In this document: piece after piece, positions 49,749 through 59,600 of the stretch | How positions within the stretch are numbered: position 1 is the first letter of the stretch | Layout of the letters: every line of letters starts with the position of its first letter | DNA from: an uncultured Poribacteria bacterium | GTDB taxonomy: Bacteria > Poribacteria > WGA-4E > WGA-3G | Assembly (NCBI GenBank): GCA_951813565.1 | Contig: OX638351.1 | Coordinates: 5,362,983 to 5,426,982, forward strand | Direction of reading: 5' to 3' | Length of the DNA stretch: 64,000 bases | Notes under the pieces: model-generated | What the model was told of the DNA's origin: nothing | The model's database searches: none | What the model saw: the letters and a program-made list of their open reading frames with translations, nothing else | Program-made: the position numbers and the translations under genes

Positions 49749-50738
49749 ATGAATTTAGAGACCCAAATCCAAGAATTTCGTGATACCTTCTATTGTGTCA
49801 AGACCGAAGTTCAAAAACGAATTGTTGGTCAAGACGAGATTGTTGAAGGTGTGCTCCTCTGTCTACTTGCCAACGGACACGCGCTGCTTGAAGGCATACC
49901 CGGTTTAGGCAAAACCCAACTCATTCGGACGCTCAGTGAAGCACTTAATCTTACCTTCAAACCGATCCATTTCACTCCAGATATGATGCCATCCGATATC
50001 ACTGGTACAACGTTCCTCGTCGAAGACGAACATGGTAGAAAACAGTTCGAATTCCAACAAGGCCCCATTTTTGCACAACTTATCCTTGCTGATGAAATTA
50101 ATAGAGCAACACCACGCACACAATCTGCACTTCTTGAGGCAATGCAGGATCGCACTGTCACTGTCGGTCGGACCAGCCACAAATTGGAAGAACCTTTCTG
50201 TGTACTCGCCACACAAAATCCACTTGAGATGGAGGGCACCTATCCACTCCCAGAAGCACAGCTTGATCGGTTTCTATTCAAACTACTCATCGAATTTCCG
50301 GATGAGGATGAAATAGTCCAGATTATGCGGCGCACGACATCTGGAACAGATATCACAATCGACAAAGTTACAAATGCCGAAACGCTTAACCAGATGCGCC
50401 AACTTGTTCCACAGGTTATCATCGCGGAACATGTTGAGCGACACATTATCCGACTTGTCCGTGCCACGCACCCTGACTTCCAAGATGCACCAGAGATTGT
50501 CAAACGTTATGTCCATCTCGGTGCTGGCATCCGTAGTATTCAAGCGATAATCCTTACCGCAAAAATTAAGGCACTGCTTGACGAACGTTATAACGTTGCC
50601 CACACGGATATTGATGCTGTGCTTCTTCCTGCCCTCCGTCACCGTATCCTTCTCAACTTTGAAGGGCAAGGCGAAAGTATTACCTCCGATGCTGTTGTCA
50701 ACGAAGTTCGCAATTCTATTTCGACTTCGTCATCATAA
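49749..50738 (+). CDS. MoxR-family AAA+ ATPase
   Basis: LLEGIPGLGKT, LADEINRATPRTQSALLEAM and YPLPEAQLDRF. Confidence 0.95.
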   Translation: MNLETQIQEFRDTFYCVKTEVQKRIVGQDEIVEGVLLCLLANGHALLEGIPGLGKTQLIRTLSEALNLTFKPIHFTPDMMPSDITGTTFLVEDEHGRKQFEFQQGPIFAQLILADEINRATPRTQSALLEAMQDRTVTVGRTSHKLEEPFCVLATQNPLEMEGTYPLPEAQLDRFLFKLLIEFPDEDEIVQIMRRTTSGTDITIDKVTNAETLNQMRQLVPQVIIAEHVERHIIRLVRATHPDFQDAPEIVKRYVHLGAGIRSIQAIILTAKIKALLDERYNVAHTDIDAVLLPALRHRILLNFEGQGESITSDAVVNEVRNSISTSSS

Positions 50739-50871
50739 CTTGTATACCTTTAGGAATACCGGCTATAAAATAACAAATTGTAGAATTTAAGCAAAGAATT
50801 TACGATTCTCAAAAACAGGTGAAAATGATAATATAGGATTTTCGTTTTCATAAAACGCCAGAAATGATAAT

Positions 50872-51270
50872 ATGAAAAACTTCACTGCGGGTACATACAA
50901 GCAACAGAGAGAATATAAGAGTTTTTCACCTTCTTTCGTTAACAGACTTGCTTGGGAAAACCCACAAATAGATCTTTTAATTGAGCAATCGGCAAATCTT
51001 TTGGGTGAACTCAAGGCTTATGCTGGAATCGCACCCGATGTCAATTTTTCCGTTCCAATGAGTATTGCTAAAGAAGCAATAGACTCTAATCTTATTGAAG
51101 GCACAAATACCGCCCTTGATGAAGTTGTCCTTCCACAATTAGAGATTCCGCCGATTAGACGTGATGATTGGCAAGAAATTCAAAATTATATTGAAGCCAT
51201 GAATTTTTCGATTGCCAAGTGCAAGAAATATACGAGCGCGTTACATTTCCTGAATAGGAACTCTATTTAG
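50872..51270 (+). pseudogene. Truncated Fic-family protein (N-terminal domain only)
   Basis: ANLLGEL...KEAIDSNLIEGT...DDWQEIQNYIEAM; no HPFxDGNGR motif; ends next to an IS terminus. Confidence 0.75.
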
Positions 51271-51271
51271 A

Positions 51272-51822
51272 CAATACCTTCGCCAATTATCCAGGGTTTA
51301 GTTCAGGTTGCGTGTGATGAATAGCACCGATTGCTCCCAGATGTTGTGCGATTTGTTGAATAACAATAGGTTCAGGTTTTTGCGGAAGTATTTTTAATGT
51401 TTCGTGTAAATACTTCAAACCTCGGTAGTGTGCCCTAAGGTCTAAAACACTGGACGCAGTATTTTTACAACGGAGCGTATCTATGAGTTTAGCACTCACA
51501 TTCACCATAAACATTGAGAGGTTCGCTTCAACGCCAAATGCACGCATGGCATTTAGCGGATTCGGTTTCCTGACCGGACTGTATTTATCCAGTCTCATAG
51601 TTCGGCAGAATGCGCTTGGTAGAATGTGCGCATGGCATTCTATATGATTCCGCATTGGTTAGGAAACCGCATCTACCAGGGAGTGTGCACATATTTTCGG
51701 ATTTCACTATAAACAGTGCTATAATGTCAATCATGGGCGGTTGTCCTTTCTAAGTTATGGTAAACTGTTATAACTTTAGGACAACAGCCCTATTTATTCA
51801 ATCATTTTTGGCGAAGGTATTG
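51272..51822 (-). mobile_element. Internally deleted IS4-like element with both TIRs retained
   Basis: Perfect 15-bp TIR CAATACCTTCGCCAA (51272-51286 / 51808-51822). Transposase start MIDIIALF near 51734 and C-terminus ANLSMFMVN...LDLRAHYRGLKY...PEP...GAIH remain; the interior is repeat DNA. Confidence 0.75.
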
Positions 51823-51926
51823 TTTTTAACATAATGTTAAAAAACTTTCACTCGCTATTTTTCCTATTTTGTCGCGTCCTTATCCTTACCACAACCTATT
51901 TGCAGTGTATCAACAGGAATTAGCAA

Positions 51927-52523
51927 ATGGCACGACAACTCAGAATGCTCAGACCTAATCTGGAAGGCTTACCGAAATTAGAACTTCCCGCAGGGTACGG
52001 TCTGCGAAACTACCGAGAAGGTGATGAGGGACATTGGGCAAACATTATCAGCGATTCGTTCGGTGGAACAGAACGCACTGTACAAGATACGCGTAATGAA
52101 ATTACCGAACGAGATGTATTTGTTCCAGATGGACTCTATTTCGTAACATATCAAGATATTCCTGTTGGCACTGCATGTGCTTGGCGGCAATCAGTTGATG
52201 AGACAGATGTCGGATACGTGCACATGGTTGGCGTTTTAGGTGAACATACAGGACATAAACTTGGCAAATGGGTATCACTTGCCGTTCTCTACTATTTTCG
52301 CGACCATGGATTTTCCTGTTCTATACTTGACACAGATGATTTTCGTATCCCTGCTATTAAAACCTATCTAAACCTCGGATTTGTGCCTGTCTACGTTGAC
52401 GACACGCAACCTAAAAGGTGGCAAGAAATTTTTAGGAAATTAGAACTCCCATTTATGACCACACAGATTGCGCGAGTACAGAAGTTACTTCCTATCAAAT
52501 TGTGGGCAAAAGTATCACGTTAG
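51927..52523 (+). CDS. GNAT-family N-acetyltransferase
   Basis: VHMVGV...HTGHKLGK and AIKTYLNLGF. Confidence 0.85.
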   Translation: MARQLRMLRPNLEGLPKLELPAGYGLRNYREGDEGHWANIISDSFGGTERTVQDTRNEITERDVFVPDGLYFVTYQDIPVGTACAWRQSVDETDVGYVHMVGVLGEHTGHKLGKWVSLAVLYYFRDHGFSCSILDTDDFRIPAIKTYLNLGFVPVYVDDTQPKRWQEIFRKLELPFMTTQIARVQKLLPIKLWAKVSR

Positions 52524-52558
52524 CGTCCAAAATGAAATTACCAATAGCCTTGTAGGCG

Positions 52559-52981
52559 GGGTAGAGCGGAGCGAAACCCATAAATCAACGCTATGAATGC
52601 CCTTTGGCATTCAGCCAAATCAACGCAGCATGCGCGTATGGCATGCTGCGGGTGTCAACTTAAGAAAAAAATGCTGGTTTTTCTCTTGTGGGAGGGCTTT
52701 CTAAGCCCGATTTTGTGAGACTCAAGCTGTTGAATCCAAATCAACGATGAATGCGCCAAATCAACGGTATGAATGCCAATTAGGCATTCCCCGTATGGCA
52801 TTCAGCCAAATCAACGCAGCATGCGCCAAATCAACGGTCCGAATGCCTGTTGGCATTCCCCGTATGGCCTGCTGCGGGGTTGAAAACCCGACAAATACCA
52901 TACGCGTATTTGGCGTTGATTCACTCCCACAAGAAGAAATTTCCTTAAATTGACAGTTATGGGTAGAGCGTAGCGAAACCC
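52559..52981. mobile_element. MITE-like composite C containing seven nested micro-elements
   Basis: 21-bp direct repeats GGGTAGAGCG(G/T)AGCGAAACCC at 52559 and 52961; ends CCCATA..GGTGTCAACTTAAG / CTTAAATTGACAGTTATGGG; units at 52583-52650, 52737-52876 and 52889-52921. Confidence 0.8.
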
Positions 52982-53064
52982 GACATGTAAGCTAAATTGT
53001 CCATTATGGTTTTGTTTCCTAACCGCACTAAAAGGAATGTCTGTACTTTTGATTTTACTAAAAA

Positions 53065-54681
53065 ATGAAATTACCGATACCACAAAGAAATAGCACATAC
53101 AATCTCAATATTTTGATAATGCTTGCTATTCTTGCCATCGGTTTCTTGCTACGCATTCTCGGCATTGGCGTTGGGTTACCCAATTCTCCCGATCCTCGTG
53201 AAACATTAATTGCACAAGACATCCTAAATCTCATCAATTTCACTGCCCCTCCTGAAATCTATAATTGGCCTGGAACAGCATGGTTTTACCTGATTGCGCT
53301 GGTCGGGAAAATCCTTGCGATCTTCGATGTGGATATGACCGAAGCACGTGTGATCTGGATGGCACGGTTCATTAACGTGTTGTTGTCCACAAGCACGATA
53401 TGGTTGACCTATTGTCTTGGAACACAGGTTTATAACAAACAGGTTGGACAGATTGCTGCAGGATTCCTTGCAGTCGCGATGTTGCACGCCACCAATGAAT
53501 CGCGTTTTGCCCTTGTTGATATACCTGCCACCTTTTGTGTTACTTTATTTCTCTGGTTAATTGCGCGGGATATTCATCTGACGTTCCGAACTTGTTTGTG
53601 GTTAGGTATTGTTGCTGGGATCGGTATTGCGGTAAAGTTTACAACCATCTTTGTCGGACTATCTCTTTTGATTTTAATTAGAACAGAGAATTTTTATCGG
53701 AAATTTGCGGGGATAGTTGGTGTCACTGCGCTAACTTTTACACTCGTATGTCCATATTGGTTGGTTGATTTGATGTCATCAGAATGGAATCTCTTTTTTG
53801 AGGACTTCTTGTATGAAGTTGGTCACTACCATCGTGGGCATTTTGGATTATTTGCAACCGGGGATACTGGTTGGATCAGTCGGTTTCTGTATTTATGGAT
53901 ACTCTTGAAGTGGGGGATGGGATTGCCACTCGCGCTTCTGGTGAGCTTTAGTGTTATCTATGCACTTGCAAAATCGATACTATCTTTGAGAAAATCTGTT
54001 GCTACAAATCTGTTTGCAAATAAAAAAATACAGACAGGATTGTTAATACTCGCCTTTGCTATCCCGTATCTACTGTTTATTGGGACGTTTAAGGTCTCCT
54101 TTACACGGCATCTACTGATTCTTTATCCAGTACTTACAGTCTTTGCCGCTACTTTTCTCGTCTCACTTGACAAACGGATTGGTATTTTTTTTGGAAGTGC
54201 TGTTTGGCTGTATTCATTCGTTTACACCGCCGCATTTGCTTCTGTTATGCTATCGCAACCTACCGGGCAGGAAGCATCTGAATGGGTATCCGAAAACATA
54301 CCACACGATAGCTCAATTTCCCGTGCGCCAGAGATTCTATTTGATTGGCTTATACCTGAATTGGATAGAGAAATGGTGTCTGAGGATGAGGAATCCGAAT
54401 GGGCGTTAATAATCCAGCCTAACAGAGAAGTTATTGAAAAATATGGACAGAATCCACAAGATTATGAAAGGATTGATTGGTACCCACTGGAAGCTATTGA
54501 AATTGAAGGGACAGTTGAATTTTACAAAAGGATTTTAGGTGAAGGAAATCGCTATAAATTGTTCAAGACATTCAGGCGCAGCCCACAGTTTCTCGGAATC
54601 CGAATGTCAGATAAAGAAGCACCGTTTCCGATGCGAGCTCTTATTCATCCAGAAATTCGCCTATATCGCAGAATTGAATAA
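53065..54681 (+). CDS. GT-C membrane glycosyltransferase (ArnT/PMT_2, GT39/83-like)
   Basis: Multi-TM; PDPRE loop, ARFINV, SRFALVD, KF and RHLL. Confidence 0.8.
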   Translation: MKLPIPQRNSTYNLNILIMLAILAIGFLLRILGIGVGLPNSPDPRETLIAQDILNLINFTAPPEIYNWPGTAWFYLIALVGKILAIFDVDMTEARVIWMARFINVLLSTSTIWLTYCLGTQVYNKQVGQIAAGFLAVAMLHATNESRFALVDIPATFCVTLFLWLIARDIHLTFRTCLWLGIVAGIGIAVKFTTIFVGLSLLILIRTENFYRKFAGIVGVTALTFTLVCPYWLVDLMSSEWNLFFEDFLYEVGHYHRGHFGLFATGDTGWISRFLYLWILLKWGMGLPLALLVSFSVIYALAKSILSLRKSVATNLFANKKIQTGLLILAFAIPYLLFIGTFKVSFTRHLLILYPVLTVFAATFLVSLDKRIGIFFGSAVWLYSFVYTAAFASVMLSQPTGQEASEWVSENIPHDSSISRAPEILFDWLIPELDREMVSEDEESEWALIIQPNREVIEKYGQNPQDYERIDWYPLEAIEIEGTVEFYKRILGEGNRYKLFKTFRRSPQFLGIRMSDKEAPFPMRALIHPEIRLYRRIE

Positions 54682-54719
54682 CGGTATGTTTTGTGTGTTT
54701 GAAGAAATATGATAATGCG

Positions 54720-55388
54720 TTATAGATGTGGTGGGGAAAAACATTTCTTCTGAATTGGAACAATAACAGATAAAATTTGATGCAGCACTTCAGCAGGGAT
54801 AGTATCAGCATCAATAATCCTAATCATCTCTTGAGGGTAATAGTCAATCAGAGGTTCCGTATCCCGTTTGTATAGGTCCCATCGGTACCGAGCAACTAAC
54901 TCATCAGCATCGTCCCGTCGTTTTTCTTTTATTGCTCGCCCGCGTATCCGTTCAAACATTACTTCCCGATCTTCACAAACCATGAAGAGGATCCTAAGGA
55001 TATTAATATAAGGGGATAATAATTCGGCTTGTGCAATGTTCCGAGGGATACCGTCAAGAACAAGTAAATCGGTCTCCGGATTGTAGGCTTTTTGTTCCAC
55101 TTTCGTCCTGACGTAGTTCTGCCATGTTTTAATTGTAATATCGTCTGGGACAAACTCACCGTGCGTTGCGTATTGATGAAAGAGTTGCCCTAATTCAGAA
55201 TCATCATCAAGTTCGCGAAACATATCTCCGCTGGAAAGGTGAAAAATACCGGGAATATGTGATAATAATTTTCCTTGTGTTCCCTTGCCGACACCCGGAG
55301 GTCCGACCAGTAATACAGATTGAAAACAAGGTCCTCCCTCCTCAAATAGAGGTTTCTCAGGAAATAAAAAATTCTTATCCATTGTCAT
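54720..55388 (-). CDS. Adenylate/nucleoside monophosphate kinase (short LID)
   Basis: GPPGVGKGTQ, HLSSGDMFR, LDGIPRN and RRDD. Confidence 0.85.
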   Translation of the reverse strand: MTMDKNFLFPEKPLFEEGGPCFQSVLLVGPPGVGKGTQGKLLSHIPGIFHLSSGDMFRELDDDSELGQLFHQYATHGEFVPDDITIKTWQNYVRTKVEQKAYNPETDLLVLDGIPRNIAQAELLSPYINILRILFMVCEDREVMFERIRGRAIKEKRRDDADELVARYRWDLYKRDTEPLIDYYPQEMIRIIDADTIPAEVLHQILSVIVPIQKKCFSPPHL

Positions 55389-55481
55389 GCTTGTTTCTTC
55401 CTCAATTGTCCTATATGTTTTATTAAGAAGGGTTGAGTTTATACGAGGTAGGATTGTATTTCAGAGGCATCTTCTGAGAAT

Positions 55482-56525
55482 TTATGTCCCAAGTAAGTGT
55501 TCGAGTATGTAAAAATCTAAACCTTCGTAATCTCGTGCTGTGATAAACTCCTGCTCCACTTTTCTGTCAAACGTCCGAACCTTTTCAAGTAAGTTAATAA
55601 AGGTCCTGCGACTGCTCAATAAATGTTTTGTCGAAATGTCGCGCGGTTGTGTGCGCATGACTTTGACATCTAATCCGACGAATTCTCCGTTTTGACCATA
55701 ACCTTTTTCTTCAAGCACGCGCACCTGATTAAAAGCGCGGCGTAAATTTGCTGAACCGAACGCCTTGTCTTGATCAAATTTAAGTCCGTTCTGATCGTTC
55801 AAATGCACACTCCAAAGTTTCTTATGATATAAGGCATAACCCATTTCATCGGATGGTTCAAGTCCAGCAAGAATGGCATGTGCACTTTCGATTAATCCGC
55901 CTACACGGTCTGGATCCTGGCTTGCATAAGCCAAACCGATAGCGTGTCCAATTGTTGGGATATAGGCAATGTCCATCGGTTCATTCGGCTTCGGTTCAAT
56001 CAGAATCCGAATCTCAGGATCATAGTCAAGTAGAACGTTAATTGCATCTAATATATATCCAACTGCGTTGGCTGAACTCTTCGTTTCACGAATATAAGTG
56101 CCTTCCCGGGCTAACCACAGCACAAAATTTTTGCATTCCAGTTCATTTGCAATATCAATACAACGTTTTGAACGTTCAAGCGCGTACTGTCTCTCTTTTT
56201 CTGAATTTGAGGTGAAAGCCCCATCAATTGTCAGTGGTGATTCCCACAATCTCGGTGCAATCACTTCAGCGGTCAAACCGTGGTTATCAATTTGTGTTTT
56301 TACACTTTTTGCGCGGGATATTAACTGTGCATGTGTTTTTTCATCAATATCAGGCACGACATCATCATCATGAAACTGGATTCCAACAAAGCCAAGGTCT
56401 CGGTAAAAACCGACCTTTTCATCAAAACTAAACGATTCCCGCACTGGGGGTCCAAAAGGGTCAGCACCCTCGTGTATATTCCAAGGACCAAAAGAAAAAC
56501 AGTATTCTGTAAGCGAATTGGACAT
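55482..56525 (-). CDS. Xylose isomerase-like protein (class I type)
   Basis: FHDDD, W..REG, EPKPNEP, HLNDQ and DQD. Confidence 0.8.
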   Translation of the reverse strand: MSNSLTEYCFSFGPWNIHEGADPFGPPVRESFSFDEKVGFYRDLGFVGIQFHDDDVVPDIDEKTHAQLISRAKSVKTQIDNHGLTAEVIAPRLWESPLTIDGAFTSNSEKERQYALERSKRCIDIANELECKNFVLWLAREGTYIRETKSSANAVGYILDAINVLLDYDPEIRILIEPKPNEPMDIAYIPTIGHAIGLAYASQDPDRVGGLIESAHAILAGLEPSDEMGYALYHKKLWSVHLNDQNGLKFDQDKAFGSANLRRAFNQVRVLEEKGYGQNGEFVGLDVKVMRTQPRDISTKHLLSSRRTFINLLEKVRTFDRKVEQEFITARDYEGLDFYILEHLLGT

Positions 56526-56673
56526 CTACTTGCTCCAGTCACAACATCTTTTTACGTTAACGATGAGGCCTATTTGTAAGTTACCTTATCTCTAACAAAC
56601 TTCTTGACATTTTTAATAAGTATAAAGTATTATTTTAATAGTGTCAAGTCATTTTTACATGAGTCGGAATTAA

Positions 56674-59600
56674 TTGGGGATATCTGGAATGTTGTCTGCA
56701 ACTTATAGGATTACTTCTAATACCATATCAACCAATTTTGCAGATTTATATCCTGATACCTCTACCCGCTTCAATCTCATTCTACGGCTTCCGATTAAAT
56801 TAGGATATTATCTATTTTGTTTTTTCCTATTTGGAATATGTCTCTCTACTCATCCTATAGAAGCAGCCGAGGATGAAACAATAGACACTCCACATTCTAC
56901 ATTTTTTAGAGAACAAACACAAAACCCTCCCCTAACTTCTTCGCAAACCTTCAGTTTTGATGATGTCTATCGACTTGAACTCAACTTAGATATACCCGGG
57001 AACATTAGAATAGTTGCTATAGACAATAAGGAAGGAGACAAAGGGATGATTAGTGTAACCCTTGAAAAACGTGTACGGGAACATAATCCATTCCTCACAG
57101 TTCTAACGAAAAACTTCTTGGAAAATATCTCTTTAACCGGAACAAAAAAAGATGGCACACTTCAGTTGAATTCACAACTACCGCCAGAAGCGGACAAAGC
57201 AATTTTAGAAAATCAAAGTGAATATGAGATAAAAAAACAACTCCATTTGAGTTATGTGATTATGACACCGCCAGATGTCTCGGTTCAACTTAAAGTAAAA
57301 AATGGTAATGTATATATCCATCACCTACGCGGAAAGATTGAAATCGCAAATGAGATGGGTAGAGTGCATCTTGATGAAACGTTGGGAAACTATCAGGTTG
57401 AAGTCCAGCAGGGAGGCATTCACGGCAAAATTTTATTGGCTCCCGGACAAAACAAAATTACAACAAACAACGGTTCAATTGACCTAACTGTGCTTGATGA
57501 ACTGGCAGCACCACTGGATTTAACCGCACTTGGTGACGGTATCGGGCTACTCCTTCCCGATAATTATGCTGCAGATGTTGAATTAAAGAGTGAAAAACAA
57601 CGTTATATCATCAACCTACCATCAGAAATTGACAATAACGTCGGCGTCATCAACGGGGGAGGCCCACTGCTTCGTTTAACAGCTACAGATGCAATTTCAG
57701 TTCTATCGAATCCGAGATTACGAAATCAATCAGAAAATTCTAAATCAACCTCACAAAAAGAGTTGACTTCAACTGAATTGGTGCAACCTATCCCTCAAAC
57801 TGCACAGTCTCCCACTATAGATGGAAATTTATCTGAAACAGCGTGGTTAAATGCTGCCGCACTCACTCCTTTTAGGAATCCAACGGGGACCGAAACAGCC
57901 GAAAATCCGACAGATGTCTATTTGATGTGGGATAAAGATAAACTTTATATTGGCGCGAGGGCATACATACAGGATAAGCAGGTTCCTCGTGTTTCACAAA
58001 CGCAACTTGATTCCCCTATCTGGGAAGATGAATCAGTTGAAATTTTGCTTGATATGAATCCAGAAACAGAAGCCTATTTGCACCTTGTCATAAATCCTAT
58101 TGGTGGACTCTTTGACCAGTGGGTTCAAAAGGTAGGTTTTCCAAATTTTCGATTCGCACCAAGTAATGCCCAACGGAAAACGATAGACGATTCAGTAGAA
58201 CAGTTCAAAGGGGATAGTTCATGGACTTCAGATGCAAAGGTTGCTACCAAAATTAACACTAATTTCTGGAGTTTTGAAATTGCTATCCCACGTAAATATG
58301 AGAGAAAGCAGGGAATAGGTGCCTGGCTTTTTAACGTTCACCGTAAAGCACAAGTTAAGTCGGTAATTGGTGAAGATTTAAACCCTACTGTAGAACGTAA
58401 GTACAGTTACTGGTCACCGTTTTATGATGAGGAATATCCTTGGTGGCCGCATTGGAAAGAGGGCATGGGGACGCTAAAATTAGTTGAGGATCAATCACCG
58501 ACCATAGAATCATTTGAAGTTTCGGAAAAATTTAAAGTTACTGCAGTTGAAATTGAGGGGAACAATACAATTCCAACTGACGTTGTGTTAGAACAAATTC
58601 CGATTGTGCCTGGTAATACCTTTACAAACGAACAACTTGCGCGGTTGATTGCAGAATTAGAAAACTTTGATTGGTTCCAGAAGGTGCAATTAAGGACAGT
58701 TGTCTTGGGAACTGACGAACCTAAATCTCCATTGGACAATCTGTCCGATACTTTTCTTCGAGATCAAGGATCTGACGATATTCATCAAGGAAAAAATCAA
58801 CAGCTGCCGAACACCGAACCGTTGGAGGTAACTGTACAAATCAATGTGACCGAAGCACCAGTGAAGTTTGCAAACAAAATAAAAATCAACAGGCATAGGA
58901 GTTTTCCAGCACAATTCATCAAAAATTGGTTTGATTTATCACCCAGATATTTTGCTGATACGAATATAAAGTTAAAACAGCGGATGATAGCCGATTTTTA
59001 TGTAAATCGTGGTTACCCATTTGCTAAGGTTACGTATGAATTTGTCAACGATACACTACAGTATAACGTTAACGAAGGTTACTTAGATGAAATACGTTTT
59101 ACTGGGAACCGCCGAATTTCACATTCTGAACTTACATCAGCAATTAATATAAGTACTGAAGAAGTATATTTTCACTCACTGGGCCAAGCGAGAATCAATC
59201 AATTGGATAAAAAACTCAGTGACAGCAATGAAGCTTTCAAATCTATTCGTGATTGGCGTGTGCAACGAGAAGGTGGAAAAAACGTTCTGATTGTTGATAT
59301 TGAAGAACAACCGTTTATAAAACCCGGATGGTATCCTATTCTCGGCTTCAACCGTGTTCATGGATTAGTGCTCGGTGCAGGTGGAACACTTTCAACGCAT
59401 TTTACAGGTGAAGAACAACTATTCGGTTCAGTCAGCGGCGGGTTTTCCAGTAAAATTTGGAACTATAGCTTTGGAGTTGAGAAAAGTTTTTTTAAGCGTT
59501 ATCCTTTGGCAATGGGTATCGGTTTTTTCAAACTAACGGACATAAGTTCAAATGCTTATCGTTTACTCCCTGCCGAAGCTAATCTTACTGCTGCTGTATA

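Noticed and set aside
51287..51655. 122-aa ORF as an intact gene
   Set aside because: The N-terminal third is translated repeat sequence; only the C-terminal part is transposase remnant.
52583..52921. CRISPR-like array (CCAAATCAACG recurring with variable intervening sequence)
   Set aside because: The repeat is only about 11 bp and irregularly spaced, the 'spacers' are arms of nested hairpins found elsewhere in the window, and no cas genes are present.
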